Shown here: positions 63,095-64,000 of the stretch, piece after piece
How positions within the stretch are numbered: the stretch's first letter is position 1
Layout: each line of letters opens with the position of its first letter
NCBI GenBank assembly: GCA_002104905.1
Contig: MCFE01000158.1
Span: 85,992 to 149,991, forward strand
Length of the DNA: 64,000 nucleotides
Direction: 5' to 3'
From: Basidiobolus meristosporus CBS 931.73
Lineage: Eukaryota; Fungi; Basidiobolomycota
The notes under the pieces: model-generated
The model's database searches: none
What the model was told of the DNA's origin: nothing
The model's input: only the letters and a program-made list of their open reading frames with translations
Program-made: the position numbers and the translations under genes

Positions 63095-63112
63095 CCCCCA
63101 CGTTGGGTGCCA
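63095..63112 (-). promoter_or_regulatory. Primer-binding site, tRNA-Lys-like
   Basis: TGGCACCCAACGTGGGG just inside the 5' LTR. The tRNA-Lys-type PBS is TGGCGCCCAACGTGGGG. Confidence 0.75.
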
Positions 63113-63116
63113 AATA

Positions 63117-64000
63117 TGTGGTGGTGTATAAGTCCAAGGGAGAGATACGTCCAACACTTCTCAAGTGTTTTGTGTGTGGGGTGTTCACTGGGTGCAATAA
63201 CCTCTGGCAAAAGCTTGCTAGGAATACTTGGGTTCTGTCTCTAATCTAATGTGAAGGGGAATAAAGCCACAAGCTTGTCAAGGGAAAACTATTGAGCTAC
63301 AATCCCCAACTTAGTTGGCGTCTTAACAAAAGTATGTGCTGGGTTCAGCGTCCTTTGAGATGACAATGTACTAAAGCTTCCAAAGTCAAAACAACTGTAA
63401 ACTCCACCAGCAGGGACTTGATAAGAATGCAGCTGTGGTCAATAGTTACAAAGACAGAAAAGTATCTTTGCCTGTACAAGAACAAACTTGGGAAAGAATC
63501 AAATATAATAAAAGATACCTACTCTGAGTATTCCTCACAAGTAGTGCCTCCAAGGTCAGTTGGCTGTCAGCGCGGTTTCCTGGGAGTGTCCTGTGGTCTA
63601 GGGTTGGAAGTTCAGGTAGCAGCAGGTAGCAGTGATCACACTAATCAACAAGTCGGTATATTGATAAAAGGGATGATGATTTATTGTTGAGGGATAGCCT
63701 CCCTTATATACTTTTCTCACTGGCTAAGTGATTACTAATCATGGTGTTCCAGAAGGTTCCGGATATCAATAGAAATCTTAATGACATCAGAATGACCTAA
63801 GAATGTTCTAAGTAGGTGCCGGAAGGTTCTAAGAGGCACAGCACATCCAACCAATCAGGAATCAGTATTCTGAAACCTGTGTAACATGGGGATACCATAT
63901 ATGGTATGGAAATGGTAGGGATGGTGACACGGGCTGATCATGTGTCACGGGTACTGGCGCGGGTACTTGCCTAATATAGAAGTACTTATAGCTAGTAATC
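63117..64000 (-). repeat. 5' LTR (partial)
   Basis: Matches 57014 onward. Confidence 0.95.

Larger units (their letters stand above)
57014..64000 (-). mobile_element. Young full-length Ty3/Gypsy LTR retrotransposon (5' LTR runs off the window)
   Basis: Order LTR-PBS-gag-PR(DSGSE)-RT(FVDD)-RH-INT-PPT-LTR. The LTRs differ at 5 of 884 comparable bases. Confidence 0.97.

Overview
Eukaryotic genomic DNA, most likely from an early-diverging fungus; the gene content is compatible with Basidiobolus/Zoopagomycota, but I cannot verify this. The window has three compartments. (1) 1 to ~24.9 kb is a nearly CpG-free nest of transposons: Ty3/Gypsy, Ty1/Copia and CACTA relics, two PHIS-superfamily DNA transposons with ANT target-site duplications (Pangu-type) and two of their MITEs. 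(2) ~24.9-51.5 kb is a CpG-rich host gene block: secreted orphan, rps2, CE4 deacetylase, bZIP, TSPO, SAM-HMG, Atp23-like, F-BAR/DEP/RhoGAP, Caprin-like and chitin synthase. It ends in a secreted antimicrobial-looking cluster of three intronless bacterial-type CHAP amidase genes, a KP4 killer-toxin gene and a deleted KP4 paralog. (3) ~51.5-64 kb is a second repeat zone: LINE fragments, a solo LTR, an AT-rich virus-like pseudogene island and a young but nonsense-mutated Ty3/Gypsy element. Best leads: the CHAP+KP4 locus, CpG-directed mutagenesis of repeats alongside an intact transposase ORF with zero CpG, and the AT-rich island. No rRNA, tRNA or CRISPR array was seen.
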